Part shown: in pieces, positions 11,144 to 25,544 of the stretch
How the letters are laid out: each line of letters starts with the position of its first letter
Numbering within the stretch: the first letter of the stretch is position 1
Assembly (NCBI GenBank): GCA_964016885.1
Contig: OZ024746.1
Coordinates: forward strand, 81,220,001-81,284,000
Source: Eledone cirrhosa
Lineage: Eukaryota
Direction of reading: 5' to 3'
DNA length: 64,000 nt
Made by a program: the position numbers and the translations under genes
Notes under the pieces: model-generated
The model's database searches: none
What the model was told of the DNA's origin: nothing
The model's input: only the letters and a program-made list of their open reading frames with translations

Positions 11144-12528
11144 CACATGCACAAAGATGTATTGTTCCAACTGTACCATGCATGGCTTCCACATCACTAA
11201 CAACACCATATTGCACATTCTGAAATACATCCTTCTTTTTCAGGCATCATGTTAATCGTATGTGGTACAGTATTGCTGTCTGGACATGTATTCTCTCCAT
11301 TATTCTATTTATTTCTGTACACCAGGAGATTGGTATAATCTACTGGTGTCAACAATAGCAGCAGCAACGGCAGCTTACATTGTCAAATTCAAATCCTCTT
11401 ACAGAAAAAAAGCTTCATGTGACAGACTATTGTATTATGTATGGGAACAGTTATCTATCATCAATTTAACGACACATATACAACACTGGAAGGTGACAAA
11501 TTGACAGAGCCGCTCGGGCTTCGGATTAAATATGACTCGGTATTTGTTCTGAGTTCAAATCTTGCTTTTCATCCTTTCGAGGTCGATAAATAGAGAACCA
11601 GTTCAGCAAAGAAGTAGATTCTTGCTCTTTCTCTGGAAGACGTAAGCTGGAGTGGGATGAGCTCCACCAGGTTTAAAATGCCAAAGAAACGCTGTGTTTT
11701 ATGATAGCGTCCCTATGAATACATCAGGAGTTAAGGGCCCTTTACCACACAAAACTGGCTTTATAGATTCTTGAGATTTAATAACATGCGTGGGGTTAGA
11801 AAACTATGTTGTATAATGATTTACTGATGTAAAATCAAGGTTATCTTATCGCCGTTGCCAAAAGATTTAAAACATCCTTGTTTGAGAAGGATATGATGTT
11901 GTTTGGTCTCAGATCTACCCTGTTCAAGCAAACCTATCACCAAAGACATTCTACCTATGACTATCGCATCGTTTTCTTCCTGATCAGTAAATCTATAACT
12001 ACATTATTTAATGTGACTTTCTATTGTTTCAGACAGTAGGCTTTAAAGGGTGATTTAGCTGATGTTTATAACAGATCGAGGGGCAAAGTAGAGGCTCCTC
12101 ATCGGCTGAATAAGGGATGTGTAAGTGTGAGAAACAGTGTTAGAGTCACCAGCGGGTAAATCATGCAAGAAAGTAAAAAAAAATAATAATAACAGGAGAG
12201 GGTATATTTGGTTGAAGGTGACAATCATTAATGTTAGGTTGATATGACTTTCTTTAGTAGTATTACAGTTACACAAATACCACACAAAAACTAAACACCA
12301 TTAAATAAAAAGTATCTGTCCTGTACATCAGTATGATTGTTATATAGACATGATTTTTTTATTTATAGATGAAGAAAAAATAATTAGAGCTGATAATGAA
12401 ATTTCCAAAAATATTATGTAATTATATCAATTAGAAATCAAAATTGTCGTATATAGAAAGAGAACGGGTACGAAGTTTGATTTCTCCTATGATAATAAGT
12501 TTGGTTTCTCCTGTGTTTGTCTAATTAC

Positions 12529-12715
12529 CCCCGTTGCAGACCATTTTCTTGTGTTCAGCAGGTTTAAGGCTACCATCTGGCTCTTGGGTGTCTTTAGCAG
12601 AGTCCACATTGTAAGAATGTGTGCTTCCCCTTCCCCTTCCCAAGAATAGTTTCCTCCCTGCCTCCCATGAATTTCTAGAGCCCTGGAAGGGATTATAGCC
12701 GCTACTATTCATCCA
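12529..12715 (-). CDS. Candidate internal exon of an unidentified host gene (187 nt)
   Basis: Long T-rich tract plus AATCAG acceptor; GGG/GTAATT donor; exactly one open frame, WMNSSGYNPFQGSRNSWEAGRKLFLGRGRGSTHSYNVDSAKDTQEPDGSLKPAEHKKMVCNG; more GC-rich than its flanks; no family recognised. Confidence 0.45.
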
Positions 12716-13291
12716 CTGATTAAGTAATAAAAAGCAAAAACAAAAAAAAAACAAAGAAAACATATAACATTTTCGCGAATAACTTTAGTGGGAGTCAAAC
12801 TACAAGCTTTTGTCTCAGAAACTTGTGTTTTATTTATCGGATCATAAAACATTTATGAATATCACATAAGAATAAGGAAATAAATTCCGATATTGGGCTA
12901 TTTAAACGTCTTACATATAAAACTATTCAGTGCAATATCAGTTACAATAATGGTAAATTCCTAATGATCTGAAGAAATTAACCACATAACCACAGTGATA
13001 AATTTATTTTTTAAATCTGCTGAATTTACATTTTACTGTTACGATTTCTAGCCAAATTGTATCTGCTACTTCGTTAATGCCAAATAGAAATTCTATAATA
13101 ATCATAAGTTTTCATTTCTCTAGTCTTACCATATTACAGAAATCTAAGCCTTTGTCCGTTTCTTATATAACATATGGCATGTATCATATTTTAGATCAGA
13201 GAGAATTTGAAATTCTTTCTAAGCCAAAATATTAACACATAAACTAATCAGATATAAAACGAAATCGACAGTCAGATATAAATAATGAACA

Positions 13292-13445
13292 TGAGCGTAG
13301 ACATAGTTGTGTGCTTGGGACGTTCTCTTCACAACCACCTTGATCTAGGTTCGATCCCACTGCGATAACTTTGGTCAAGTGTCTTTTATTATTGCCCTCG
13401 GTTGATCAACATCTTGTGAATAGAACTATGCGGATGCCTCGTATA
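13292..13445 (+). mobile_element. Degenerate tRNA-derived SINE (CORE-like)
   Basis: GGTTCGATCCC B box followed by TTTGGTCAAGTGTCTT. Confidence 0.55.
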
Positions 13446-14437
13446 TATAATGGAATTGATCACAATAGGTCAAATAACAAGAAAGTTCAAAGGTGTGAAT
13501 GTGCAACAGCTACTGTTAGAATAACATGATACATAATACGTAGCCAGCAAAAATCCCACAGAAGTTAATGTTCAGCATATGCAATTTGGGGTGTTTGAGT
13601 AACATGTTATAAGTTTGTGCATGATATGATGTTTTTTTGTTAGGGGTTTTTGTTAAAAAATGTTGATGTTTGAGCTTAGCCATCAAATTTTCGTCTGGTA
13701 GATTTAGTTAGTAGTCTATCATCAAAAATATTTGACAGACAGGTGGTAAGCTGTTGCAAGCAACCTTGATGTCTTGGATACGAAACGATACGAGGTTGAC
13801 TACTTGAAGTAAAATCACGTTCTCTTGATTCTGACTAAATTTTATAGCTAAGATTAATCTAACATAGCTAAGATATGAGCTACAGTAAGAAGTTTTATTA
13901 AATTAAAGCTAGCTTAATTAGTACATAATTGTAAGCAATGTTTCGAGACCCATCCAAAGAAGATATTATAGTGTAATAACCTCTTGCCAAACAAAGGGTT
14001 TGCCGAGTGAAATGTCATTCTATAAAAAATTCGTTTCAACAAATTAATGGTAATCGAGTTTTGCAGAAAATCATCACAGTACATATGCGTTTTCATTGCG
14101 GGCCAAAGTTTGCATCTTTCAAGTTTCTTTAACTTTAGACTGATCTTTAAGAATCGTGAACAATGTCGACAGAACGATGTTAAACTACAATGAATCAATG
14201 GGTTCCAGATTTTCCCGTTTGTCTATATAACAAAAATTATCACTTCTACTATGCTTTGACTTTCACGATTTACACAATACCATAGTAGCAATTGACAACA
14301 CAGACAAATAAATTTTGGATCTATTTCGTTTCAAGATACCGATGAAAGTAAATGTTTACATAGAAAATGTAATTATGAAAAAGTGAAAGTGTTTTCTTAG
14401 AAAATAAATCTTCTAATGTGATGTCCACAAAACCACG

Positions 14438-15845
14438 CACTACTACACGGAACTCTTTTCCAATCACCCTCTCTATATCAATTAACACCAAACTCTCCCT
14501 CTCTATCAGTACCTATCTCTATCAATCCTCTCATTCTATTCATTACCACCAAACTCTCCCCCTCTCTATATCTACTACATGGAACTGACTTCCAATCCCC
14601 CTCTCTATATCTACCATACAACACTCTCATTCCCTCTCACTCTATCCATCAACTACCAGACTTTCACCCTCTCTCTCTATCAATACCTATCGGTATCAAT
14701 CCTCTCACTCTATTCATTACCAACAAACTCTCCCTCTCTCTTCATCAACCATACAAGACGTTCTCCTAACCCCCCTCTCTATATCAATTAACAACAAACT
14801 CTCCTCTTCCCTATATCTACTACACGGAACTCTCTTCCAATCCCCCACTCTATATCAATTAACACCAAACTCTCCTCTTCCCTATATCTACTACACGGAA
14901 CTCTCTTCCAATCCCCCTCTCTATATCAATTAACACCAAACTCTCCTCTTCCCTATATCTACTACACGGAACTCTCTTCCAATCCCCCTCTCTATATCAA
15001 TTAACACCAAACTCTCCTCTTCCCTATATCTACTACACGGAACTCTCTTCCAATCCCCCTCTCTATATCAATTAACACCAAACTCTCCTCTTCCCTATAT
15101 CTACTACACGGAACTCTCTTCCAATCCCCCTCTCTATATCAATTAACACCAAACTCTCCTCTTCCCTATATCTACTACACGGAACTCTCTTCCAATCCCC
15201 CTCTCTATATCAATTAACACCAAACTCTCCTCTTCCCTATATCTACTACACGGAACTCTCTTCCAATCCCCCCTCTCTATATCAATTAACACCAAACTCT
15301 CCTCTTCCCTATATCTACTACACGGAACTCTCTTCCAATCCCCCTCTCTATATCAATTAACACCAAACTCTCCTCTTCCCTATATCTACTCCACGGAACT
15401 CTCTTCCAATCCCCCTCTCTATATCAATTAACACCAAACTCTCCTCTTCCCTATATCTACTACACGGAACTCTCTTCCAATCCCCCACTCTATATCAATT
15501 AACACCAAACTCTCCTCTTCCCTATATCTACTAAACGGAACTCTCTTCCAATCCCCCTCTCTATATCAATAAACATCAAACTCTCCTCGTCCCTATATCT
15601 ACTACACGGAACTCTCTTCCAATCCCCCTCTCTATATTAATTAACACCAAACTCTCCTCTTCCCTATATCTACTACACGGAACTCTCTTCCAATCCCCCT
15701 CTCTATATCAATAAACATCAATCTCTCCCCCTCTCTATATCTAATATACAACACACTCTCCCAACCTTCCTCTCCGATTCAATTACCACCAAACTCTCCC
15801 CCTCTCTTTATCTATATCTATCTCACCCATTTCTCTCTACATAAC
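14438..15845 (+). repeat. 71-bp tandem repeat array (~14 homogeneous units at 14770-15760, with degenerate flanks)
   Basis: Unit TATCAATTAACACCAAACTCTCCTCTTCCCTATATCTACTACACGGAACTCTCTTCCAATCCCCCTCTCTA; period 71 (e.g. 14881 vs 14952). Confidence 0.92.
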
Positions 15846-16219
15846 ATACTTTCTTTAGGCTATTTAACTTATTTAAGGACTGAGTTCTAATTGATGATCC
15901 AAAGCTGAGTAAAGAGAAAAGGGAGTCATTGCCATCATTAGAGTGAAGGGTACAGAAAATGCCTATATGCAACAGATACCAAATATACATACGAATGTAT
16001 GTGAACATGAGCTGCATATGTGCACATGCATCAGTGTGCATATTAAGTTGGTGCACATAAATCCCTGACTAATTAAAGATACAGATGTATATAGTTTACT
16101 AAACATGTTTACTGTTTCAGATCTCATGTACATACAGACATATATGAGAATATGGTTGAACAGATACAATAATTAAACATGCCCGTACACACATGAGCGT
16201 ATGCAGAGATGTGCATGCG

Positions 16220-16875
<656 letters not shown>

Positions 16876-17303
16876 CTTATCTAAAACGGTGATGTTAAAG
16901 TAATTATAAAAACATTAAAATACTTTCAGGCAAAGCGATCTGTAGATTATGTAGGACTAATGGAGAGAGAGAGAGGGGGGTAGAGAGAGGGGGAGAGAGA
17001 GGGGGCGGGGCGGAGTAGTGGTAATGGTGATGGGTCGAGTGTTATATAGGGGGGGGGGGGGGGGTCCTTACAAATTTTCTATTCTTGCGCGTGTCGAAGA
17101 GGATTATTAATTACATACTCTCCAGCATTACAGGATTATATTTTAATGAGCTTCATAATTACAATAAATGAATAAATAAATATATATGTAAACATAGTAA
17201 GTTATTTGTTTTATGTATGATATTTGTTTTATTTTATTATTTTTGCCATTGTGTATCCTCCTACTCATACTCCTCAATATTATTATTGCAGTAATGGATT
17301 GCA

Positions 17304-17890
17304 GGGCGGTGGATTGGCAGTATCGGTAGAGAGTCGGACACCATGCTTTGAAGCATAGAGTTACGTCCCTTTACGATCTGAGTTTAAATCCCGCCGAGGT
17401 TAACTTTGCCTTTCATCCTTACGGGGTCGATAAAATAAAGTACCAGTAATGCACTGGGATAATTGCTGGCCTTGTGTCAAAAGTAGAAATAATTGTTATT
17501 GGTGGATTGGCAGGATCGGTAGAGGGTCGGACACCATGCTTTGCAGAATGGAGTTATGGCCCTTTACGTTCTGAGTTCAAATCCCGCCGAGGTTAACTTT
17601 GCCTTTCATCCTTACGGGGTCGATTAAATAAAGTACCAGTAATGCACTGGGGTAATTGCTGGCCTTGTGCCAAAAGTAGAAACAATTATTATTGTCAAGG
17701 CGTGGATTGGCAGTATCGGTAAGGCGTCAGACACCATGCTTTGCAGCATAGAGTTATGGCCCTTTATGTGCTGAGTTCAAATCCCGCCGAGGTTAACTTT
17801 GCCTTTCATCCTTACGGGGTCGATAAAATAAAGTACCAGTAATGCACTGGATAATTGTTGGCCTTGTGCCAAAAGTAAAAGTAATTATTG
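17304..17890 (+). mobile_element. Three head-to-tail SINE type A copies
   Basis: Three ~190 bp units, each with A box, B box and core. Confidence 0.9.
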
Positions 17891-18072
17891 TCATTGTTGT
17901 CGTTGACAATTCACATAGTACCTCTACTAGGTAGATGTGCTGTAGGGACAATGGTAATGGTGGTGTTGGTGATTGTGTTGCTATAAGGATGTGAAATGGA
18001 AATATAGGAGTAGCAACACGTACATGATATACGACATTCAAGAATCGGCAGAAAAACTTTTATTTCTCATTC

Positions 18073-18112
18073 TATCTTCTGATGAAGGACTAATGTCCGA
18101 AACGTTAAAACT
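18073..18112 (+). ncRNA. Minimal type I hammerhead ribozyme motif (Penelope-type)
   Basis: CTGATGA-A-GGAC-TAAT-GTCC-GAAA-CG-TTA: intact core, 4-bp stem II, palindromic AACGTT at stem III; stem I weak. Confidence 0.6.
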
Positions 18113-18397
18113 CGCTGCCGCCGCCGCTGCCGTCGTCGTATCGTCGTCGTCGTCGCCGCCGCCGCCATCTTCGTTGTCGTGGAGCGTCCGTTTTTCTTCC
18201 TATAATGGCTTGGACGTTTCGTAACAGACTGGCCAGTACTCTAGCGGAGTGTCTTCTCCCCAGGTGAGTGGTGAGCCCAATATACAATTTTACGGTCCCC
18301 TAACTGTATTTTATTGTAGCACCAACACTAGGGAAGTTGTGATATTTTTAACACAGCTGCAGTTTCTGGAATTAAGAAACAATATTAATTATCTCAT

Positions 18398-18522
18398 TTA
18401 ACTTTGCCTTTCATCCCTACCAGGTCGATAAAATAAAGTACCAGTTACATACTGGGGTAGATGTAATCGACTTTCCCTTTTCTCCAAATTGCTGGTCTTG
18501 TGCCTAAAGTATAAACAATTAT
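18398..18522 (+). mobile_element. SINE type A 3' half
   Basis: Core domain and tail. Confidence 0.75.
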
Positions 18523-18534
18523 CTCAATAAATTA

Positions 18535-18615
<81 letters not shown>

Positions 18616-18872
18616 AGCTTGCTATAGACATGAACTCACAATATTCCGATACAAGAGCTAGTTACCAGTCGTTAACCATTCGGCCATCTAGCTTCCAACG
18701 AACAAAGAAAAATGAAAACGTAAACGGTTATACAGAAACAAAGAATAACGTCGCAGTATTGAAATTTCATATCTTGGATTTAGAAGGTGTAGAAATGTGA
18801 AGAATCTGCAAACGAATCAATGTCAGTCTCCTCCTCATTCTTCTTCTTCTTCTTCTTCTTCTTCTTCTTCTT

Positions 18873-18903
<31 letters not shown>

Positions 18904-19179
18904 ATTATGATGATGATGATCATCATCATTATCATCATCATCATCAAAATCATCATCATCACCATCATGAACACCACAACCGACCCCATTTCTTTCTATA
19001 TATTTATCTTTTTATCTTTTGTTTTTGTGTTGTTTTCTTCTCTTTAATATTTTAAATTTCGTAATATTCTGCAGAAAAATAACTTCCATTTGTTTTGCTT
19101 TATTTTTTTTTTATTTTTGAAATTCATTTTTATTTATCTTTATTTGTAAAATATAATTTCTCTTTTCGTTCAGTCCTTT

Positions 19180-19218
<39 letters not shown>

Positions 19219-19334
19219 AATATCCACGGTTAGTTGTGGGCTCTAGTCTGCATGAAGAACTCAATGTAATCCATCTGTTGAAAATGTTGTAGGTTAAAAT
19301 AAATCCCGGAAAACAATGAAACATATATATATAT

Positions 19335-19700
19335 ATATGAAAAAGTTTGTCCTCATCAGTGGCCATCCAACCGTCGTAGGCATTTCGTCGCATTAAAGGC
19401 CATATGCCTCAGGTTGGTGCGAGCAACGGCTAAAAAAAAGTCGTTGGGACACGTAAATAAAGGGGACGCTAGGGTAAACAAACAAAATGGTTTAAGCAGC
19501 AGAAAGTGAGGAAGAAGGAAACAAGTCCCAGATTTCTATGAATATAAATTCGGTGGAATCGTGAACGAGAGAATAAAGACCATCAAACCTGGTTGAAATG
19601 TGAGCAAGGAAGGAATTTCGCACAGGTCTAACGGGAGGAAGAAGGGGTCTGGTCTGCGAATTCGGTAAACATAAGTTCTGTGAAGTCGCAGACGAGAGAG
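19335..19700 (-). mobile_element. Module E1, longer copy
   Basis: 19335-19550 is the reverse complement of 9250-9465, with ~150 bp of extra upstream sequence; lies between (TA)n tracts. Confidence 0.7.
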
Positions 19701-19719
19701 AGAGAGAAAAAAATATATG

Positions 19720-20575
<856 letters not shown>

Positions 20576-20686
20576 GAGTGTGTGTAAGAGAGGGGGGGGG
20601 TGATAGATAGATAGATATGCATATATATATATACATACACATATACACACATATATGTGTATATATGTGTGTATATATTCACATCA

Positions 20687-20758
<72 letters not shown>

Positions 20759-22164
20759 ATACATGTGTGAATAATGTGTTAGTTATGGCCGGAATGCCTT
20801 TGATCATGTGTTTTGTTCCCTGAAGACTGACCTGTGCCTAAACAGCAGCAACAACAAAAACAATGTCGTCACTGAAATGGTAACATACTGGAATTGAAAC
20901 CGGTTCGCTGAGTTGATTTGCCAGGAACTTTACTCTACGACGTTCGCCTTGTAACCTTAAGATAACAAATAAAACTCGAGCAGAAAGGAAAAAGTGAAAT
21001 GGGATAGACCGGAAACGGATCTGCGTAGTCTGTCAATAAACAAAATAAACCAGGGATTGCCAGTTTAAAGAACAACACACACGCGCACACACACATACAC
21101 ACACGCACATACAAACACACACACATGAATACATATACGCATGCGCACGTGTAAAAAAAGCCACACATACTGACGAAGCACTTATGAGTGCACACGCTCA
21201 CACATATACGCTCATACCGAAATACACGAAACAATCACGCACAGACACATTCACATAGACATGAAGCAGACACATACACGCACACAAAGGATTTACAGAA
21301 CTTTATGAAGGAAGTCCTTAAATAAAGGTCACTGACTACAATACACATATCGATGAAATCAATTGCGCATTACATGCAAGATAGTTCAACGGAAGCCCGT
21401 GGTTAAATAACAACTGAGTTTATTCATTATTACTTCTTTCTTTTGATATTACTGCAAGACACATCATAGAATGGACCAGTAAAGACTTCGCCACTGCCTA
21501 AATCCTGGGTCTTATCAAAGATAGATAGACGTAGTACACTGCTCCACTCTGCAGCGCTCCTGTGAACCTAGAGGGTCATGGAAAATGTGAAGTGAAGTGA
21601 ATTAACTTCTTTTTCGTTTATTCCCATCCCGTACAATATTGATCATCAGTCCTTATTTAGACGGTTCCTTTAGTATGTCACTTTTTTTTTATCTCTTGTA
21701 AAAGAGAGTGATGGTTCCTCGCCTAGCTTTTCTCTAAAAGAAAGAAGATGAGAGTGATCGCCCTATGGCGTACATTGCAACAGAGCTGATTACGAAAGAA
21801 GAATCAACTCCAGTGCTTGCCTCGTGATTTATTTATTGGCTCCGAAAGGGTAAAAAGCAAAGTTGACCTGACCAGATTCGAACGCAAAGTGCAAAGAGCC
21901 GGAATAATTACTGTCGACGTAAAAGAGTGGATGCGCAACTAAGCTACACCTCCGCTTGCAAACAGCCCCAAACTGGTTACAGTGGCGAGCACTTGTCAAG
22001 AAAGTCCTCCTGATGACACGAGGAACAAAACACCAGACTACACAAAAAGTAAATGAGTTAGGAAGGATAAGATTGGGAGGATATTTTTTACTTTAGAGAC
22101 TCACCTACAAATACAAAATTTGAAGATTAAATCTGAGAATAATCAATAAGTGTATGTATGTATG

Positions 22165-22640
22165 TCTCTGGAGTGAAAGGCCCCCAGTAGTTGTCACAAC
22201 ATCTTTCTAGGAGAGGGAAATTCTGAAAAACAAACCTGCGGCTTCGGAAGCATCCGATGATGTTGACCAGTTCTTCTTTTCGAGTAATATTTTCGGTGCT
22301 CGGGGAGTGAGATTGGTCGAGTGCAAGGCCTTTCCTCACTTAAAAAAAAACCCTTCAAAGCACAGGCATTGCTTGTTCAGGATCTGATACAGGTTTGTGT
22401 GGCTGGCCGTAGCCTAAAAGTGCACCAAACTCTATAATCTGACAAGCGATTGCAATACTCTTAGCAGAGTTGTATGTACTGTGAGATGGTTCCACCGCCA
22501 CGCCCTCCACGGTACATTTGCAAGTCAGCTGATGCGCTGACCAGACATGGTAGGAAGCCTGGTATTGCCAGGAGACAAACAATTCAAGTGTCACATCTGT
22601 GAATGTACCTACAAAACAAAAGTAGGTCTGAAACGTGAAA
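22165..22640 (+). mobile_element. Diverged relative of the RTE-derived element
   Basis: Shares TTCTAGGAGA.GGAAA.TCTGA...CATCC.ATGATGTTGAC..GTTCTTC with 6408-6480; remnant finger FKCHICECTYKTKVGLKR; preceded by (TATG)n. Confidence 0.6.
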
Positions 22641-23087
22641 TGTATAAGTTTAATGAAAGAAAGGAATCAAATATAGGCCATTTTAACCCATGGCTGGATA
22701 TCTAGGTTTTCAGATATTTCAGCTTCCCTCTGGTATTTTAATCTTTCACTCAACTACGATAAAAAGAAAAGAATAGATAAAAAGATGGGTACGTAATCAC
22801 TATGAATGGTACTTGTGTTTACAGGTCCCGCTTCACTAGAACTTTACCCTACCTTATAGATCTGATACAAGAAGTCTATAGAAATGCATAAGAATTCTAC
22901 ATTATTATCATTTCCGGTGAAGGTCTCGCCACTTCCGGTGAAGTTCTTGCTCTTGGCGGAGATATAGGAGTTGATGGTGTTAGTAGTGATGATGGCAGCA
23001 CTGATTGTCGACAAAGTGATTCGAGAAATATGTATTTCCTTCGGTAACAGTGGAATTATTGTCTTAATTCACGTCAACACAGAGAAA

Positions 23088-23225
23088 TGTATGTATGTAT
23101 GTATGTATGTATGTATGTATGTATGTATGTATGTATGTATGTATGTATGTATGTATGTATGTATGTATGTATGTATGTATGTATGTATGTATGTATGTAT
23201 GCACGTATGCATGTATCGTGTATGT
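23088..23225. repeat. (TATG)n microsatellite
   Basis: Seen directly. Confidence 0.95.
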
Positions 23226-23268
23226 ATGCCACAGCATAACCATAGTTTAATGTGTGAAAACAATAAAA

Positions 23269-23301
<33 letters not shown>

Positions 23302-23607
23302 TATGTACGCGTACATACACATATGTATACAGACGTACAGCGTTCCTTTGTCAGTGTTGAACAAACGAGCAACGATGGTTGCTGGACACTACGGCTTAAT
23401 ACGGGATGTTTGTTTACAAACACACCGAGCATTATAATAAATGTTCGGTGAATCCATACGTACATATATGTATGTGTGCATGTATGTATATATATATACA
23501 TACTACTGTACGTCTGTATACATAATACATATGTGTATGTACGTGTACATACTTATATTTAAGTAACAGCCGTACTAGGAGTGGGAAATGAAATTTCGTT
23601 TCTTTTT

Positions 23608-23650
<43 letters not shown>

Positions 23651-23656
<6 letters not shown>

Positions 23657-23902
23657 TAAATTTGTCCTTCATCTGTGATCTTCCAACCTTCATTGGTATT
23701 TCACCGCTTTAAAGACCATATACCTCTGGTTGGTGCGAGCAACGGCTAAAGAAAGTCGTTGGGACACGTAAATAGGGGGAACGTAAATGGTCTTTAAAGC
23801 GATGAAATACCAATGAAGGTTGGAAGATCATTGATGAAGGACTAATTTTATTCATATGTAACCCATTTGCAACCACGCAGCACGCCATGTTTTCACATTC
23901 AT
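23651..23902. mobile_element. Module E1 as an inverted pair
   Basis: 23651-23783 minus and 23786-23902 plus; arms overlap in sequence with several mismatches; (TA)n on both sides. Confidence 0.75.
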
Positions 23903-23920
23903 ATATATATATATATATAT

Positions 23921-24014
23921 ATAGTAATAATAATAAATTTGAAGACTAAAATCCAAAGAGGGTTCGATAAGGATAAATATATATGAAATATATAAGAACC
24001 TAGAGCAAATATTT
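23921..24014 (-). mobile_element. (TA)n-embedded module E2 (partial)
   Basis: TAGTAATAATAATAAATTTGAAGACTAAAATCCAAAGAGGG.. is nearly identical to 44471-44563 and, inverted, to 54611-54702; strand assignment is by inferred AATAAA orientation. Confidence 0.75.
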
Positions 24015-24289
24015 ATGGTGCTACGCAGTGGGATTGAACCCGAAATTATGTGTTTGTGATGTCAACTCCTAACCTCATTCAGCCATATCTCTGAGTGTGT
24101 GTATGTGTACGTGTGTGTGTACGTGCGAGTAATTGAATTTATGAAACTGTGTCAATGTGTGTATAGATGTGCAGAGGCGGTAGAACTGGGGTGGGGGGCA
24201 TAGTCCCCCCATTCTATTATATTTTCCCCCAAAACTACCAAAACACACATCTATTTGTATATGTGCGACAATTTATGTACATGTTATCT

Positions 24290-24660
24290 AGAGACACATG
24301 GAAGAGAGAGATATAGATATGGAGAGGGGGAGAGTTTGGTGGTAATTGAAATAGAGAGGAAGGTTGAAAGAGTGAGTTGTATATTAGATATAGAGAGGTG
24401 GAGAGATTGATGTCTAAGGGATATTGGAAGAGAGTTCCATGTAGTAGTTATAGAGAGGGGGAGAGTTTGGTGCTAATTGATATAGAGAGGGGAAAGGAAG
24501 AGAGTACAGTGTAGTAGATATAGAGAAAAGGAGAGTTTGGTGTAAATTGATATGGAAAGGGGGATTGGAAGAGAGTTTCGTGTAGTAGATATAGAGAGGG
24601 GTTGAGAGAGTGTGTTGTATATTAGATATAGTGAGGGGGAGAGATTGATGTTTATTGATA
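24290..24660 (-). repeat. Degenerate array of the ~71-bp repeat with shared terminal flank
   Basis: Reverse complement resembles 15720-15845 including the non-repetitive end. Confidence 0.75.
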
Positions 24661-25019
24661 TATATATAACACGCCATATACACCAAAAGGATAGTTCTTG
24701 ACATCACTCAAACCCCCATACTACCTGACACAATACAGCATGGATTCAGACGGCTGGTTTCAACCACTGCATTATTCACAAATCTAACAGATGATGACTT
24801 GACATCACATCCTCTTCCGCGTGGCATTCTAACTGCCATGATTGTATGTATTGACCTGTAACTCGTAATTGAGTCGTAAGCGCATCGTGGTGATATGCAG
24901 CGTGTCTTTGAGCATTTAAAACTTGACGGACGCCATCACTCTCTAGAGACGGAGTGAGAGAGAAAAAGAATTTGACAGAGAAAGAGCGAGAAAAAGATAT
25001 AAAAGAAGAAACGACCCTT

Positions 25020-25157
25020 AACTAGTACTTTTTTTATAGGCCTCGAAAGGACTAAAGGTGAAGTTGACCTCGATAGGATTTGAACTCAGAGAGCCTGGAC
25101 AAATACTGCAGATCATTCTATCCGACGTTCTAACGACTCTATCAATCAGCCGCCTAT
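25020..25157 (-). mobile_element. SINE type A, degenerate
   Basis: AAAGGTGAAGTTGACCTCG..GGATTTGAACTCAG. Confidence 0.65.
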
Positions 25158-25493
25158 TCTCGCTACCATATACATCAATCATTTTTAGACTCCATTCTGC
25201 CTATATAACAAATACTTAACACCAACTTAAGAAACAATACACAATACTGGCGAGTAAACTAGCTACCAAGAAGTCAATCTTACATAGAGTACAGGAACTC
25301 CAGTTGGTAGAAATGAGTTGTACCTGTAATAGAACGAGCTGTGCTTGTCACAGAGTGTGACGTGCTGAATCTCCCTGAGAACCCCGTAAACAATGAACGC
25401 ATCTTTGGAATGCTTAACGACTTCACAAGATGGAAAAAATTGTTTTTACATCATTTTTAATTCTTTACACATGTTTCAAGAGTTATACATCGA

Positions 25494-25544
<51 letters not shown>

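Noticed and set aside
13914-14198. 94-aa minus-strand ORF
   Set aside because: No motif or splice support; cannot be assigned
14770-15760. Regular repeats as a CRISPR array
   Set aside because: Head-to-tail near-identical units without unique spacers; eukaryotic context; no cas genes
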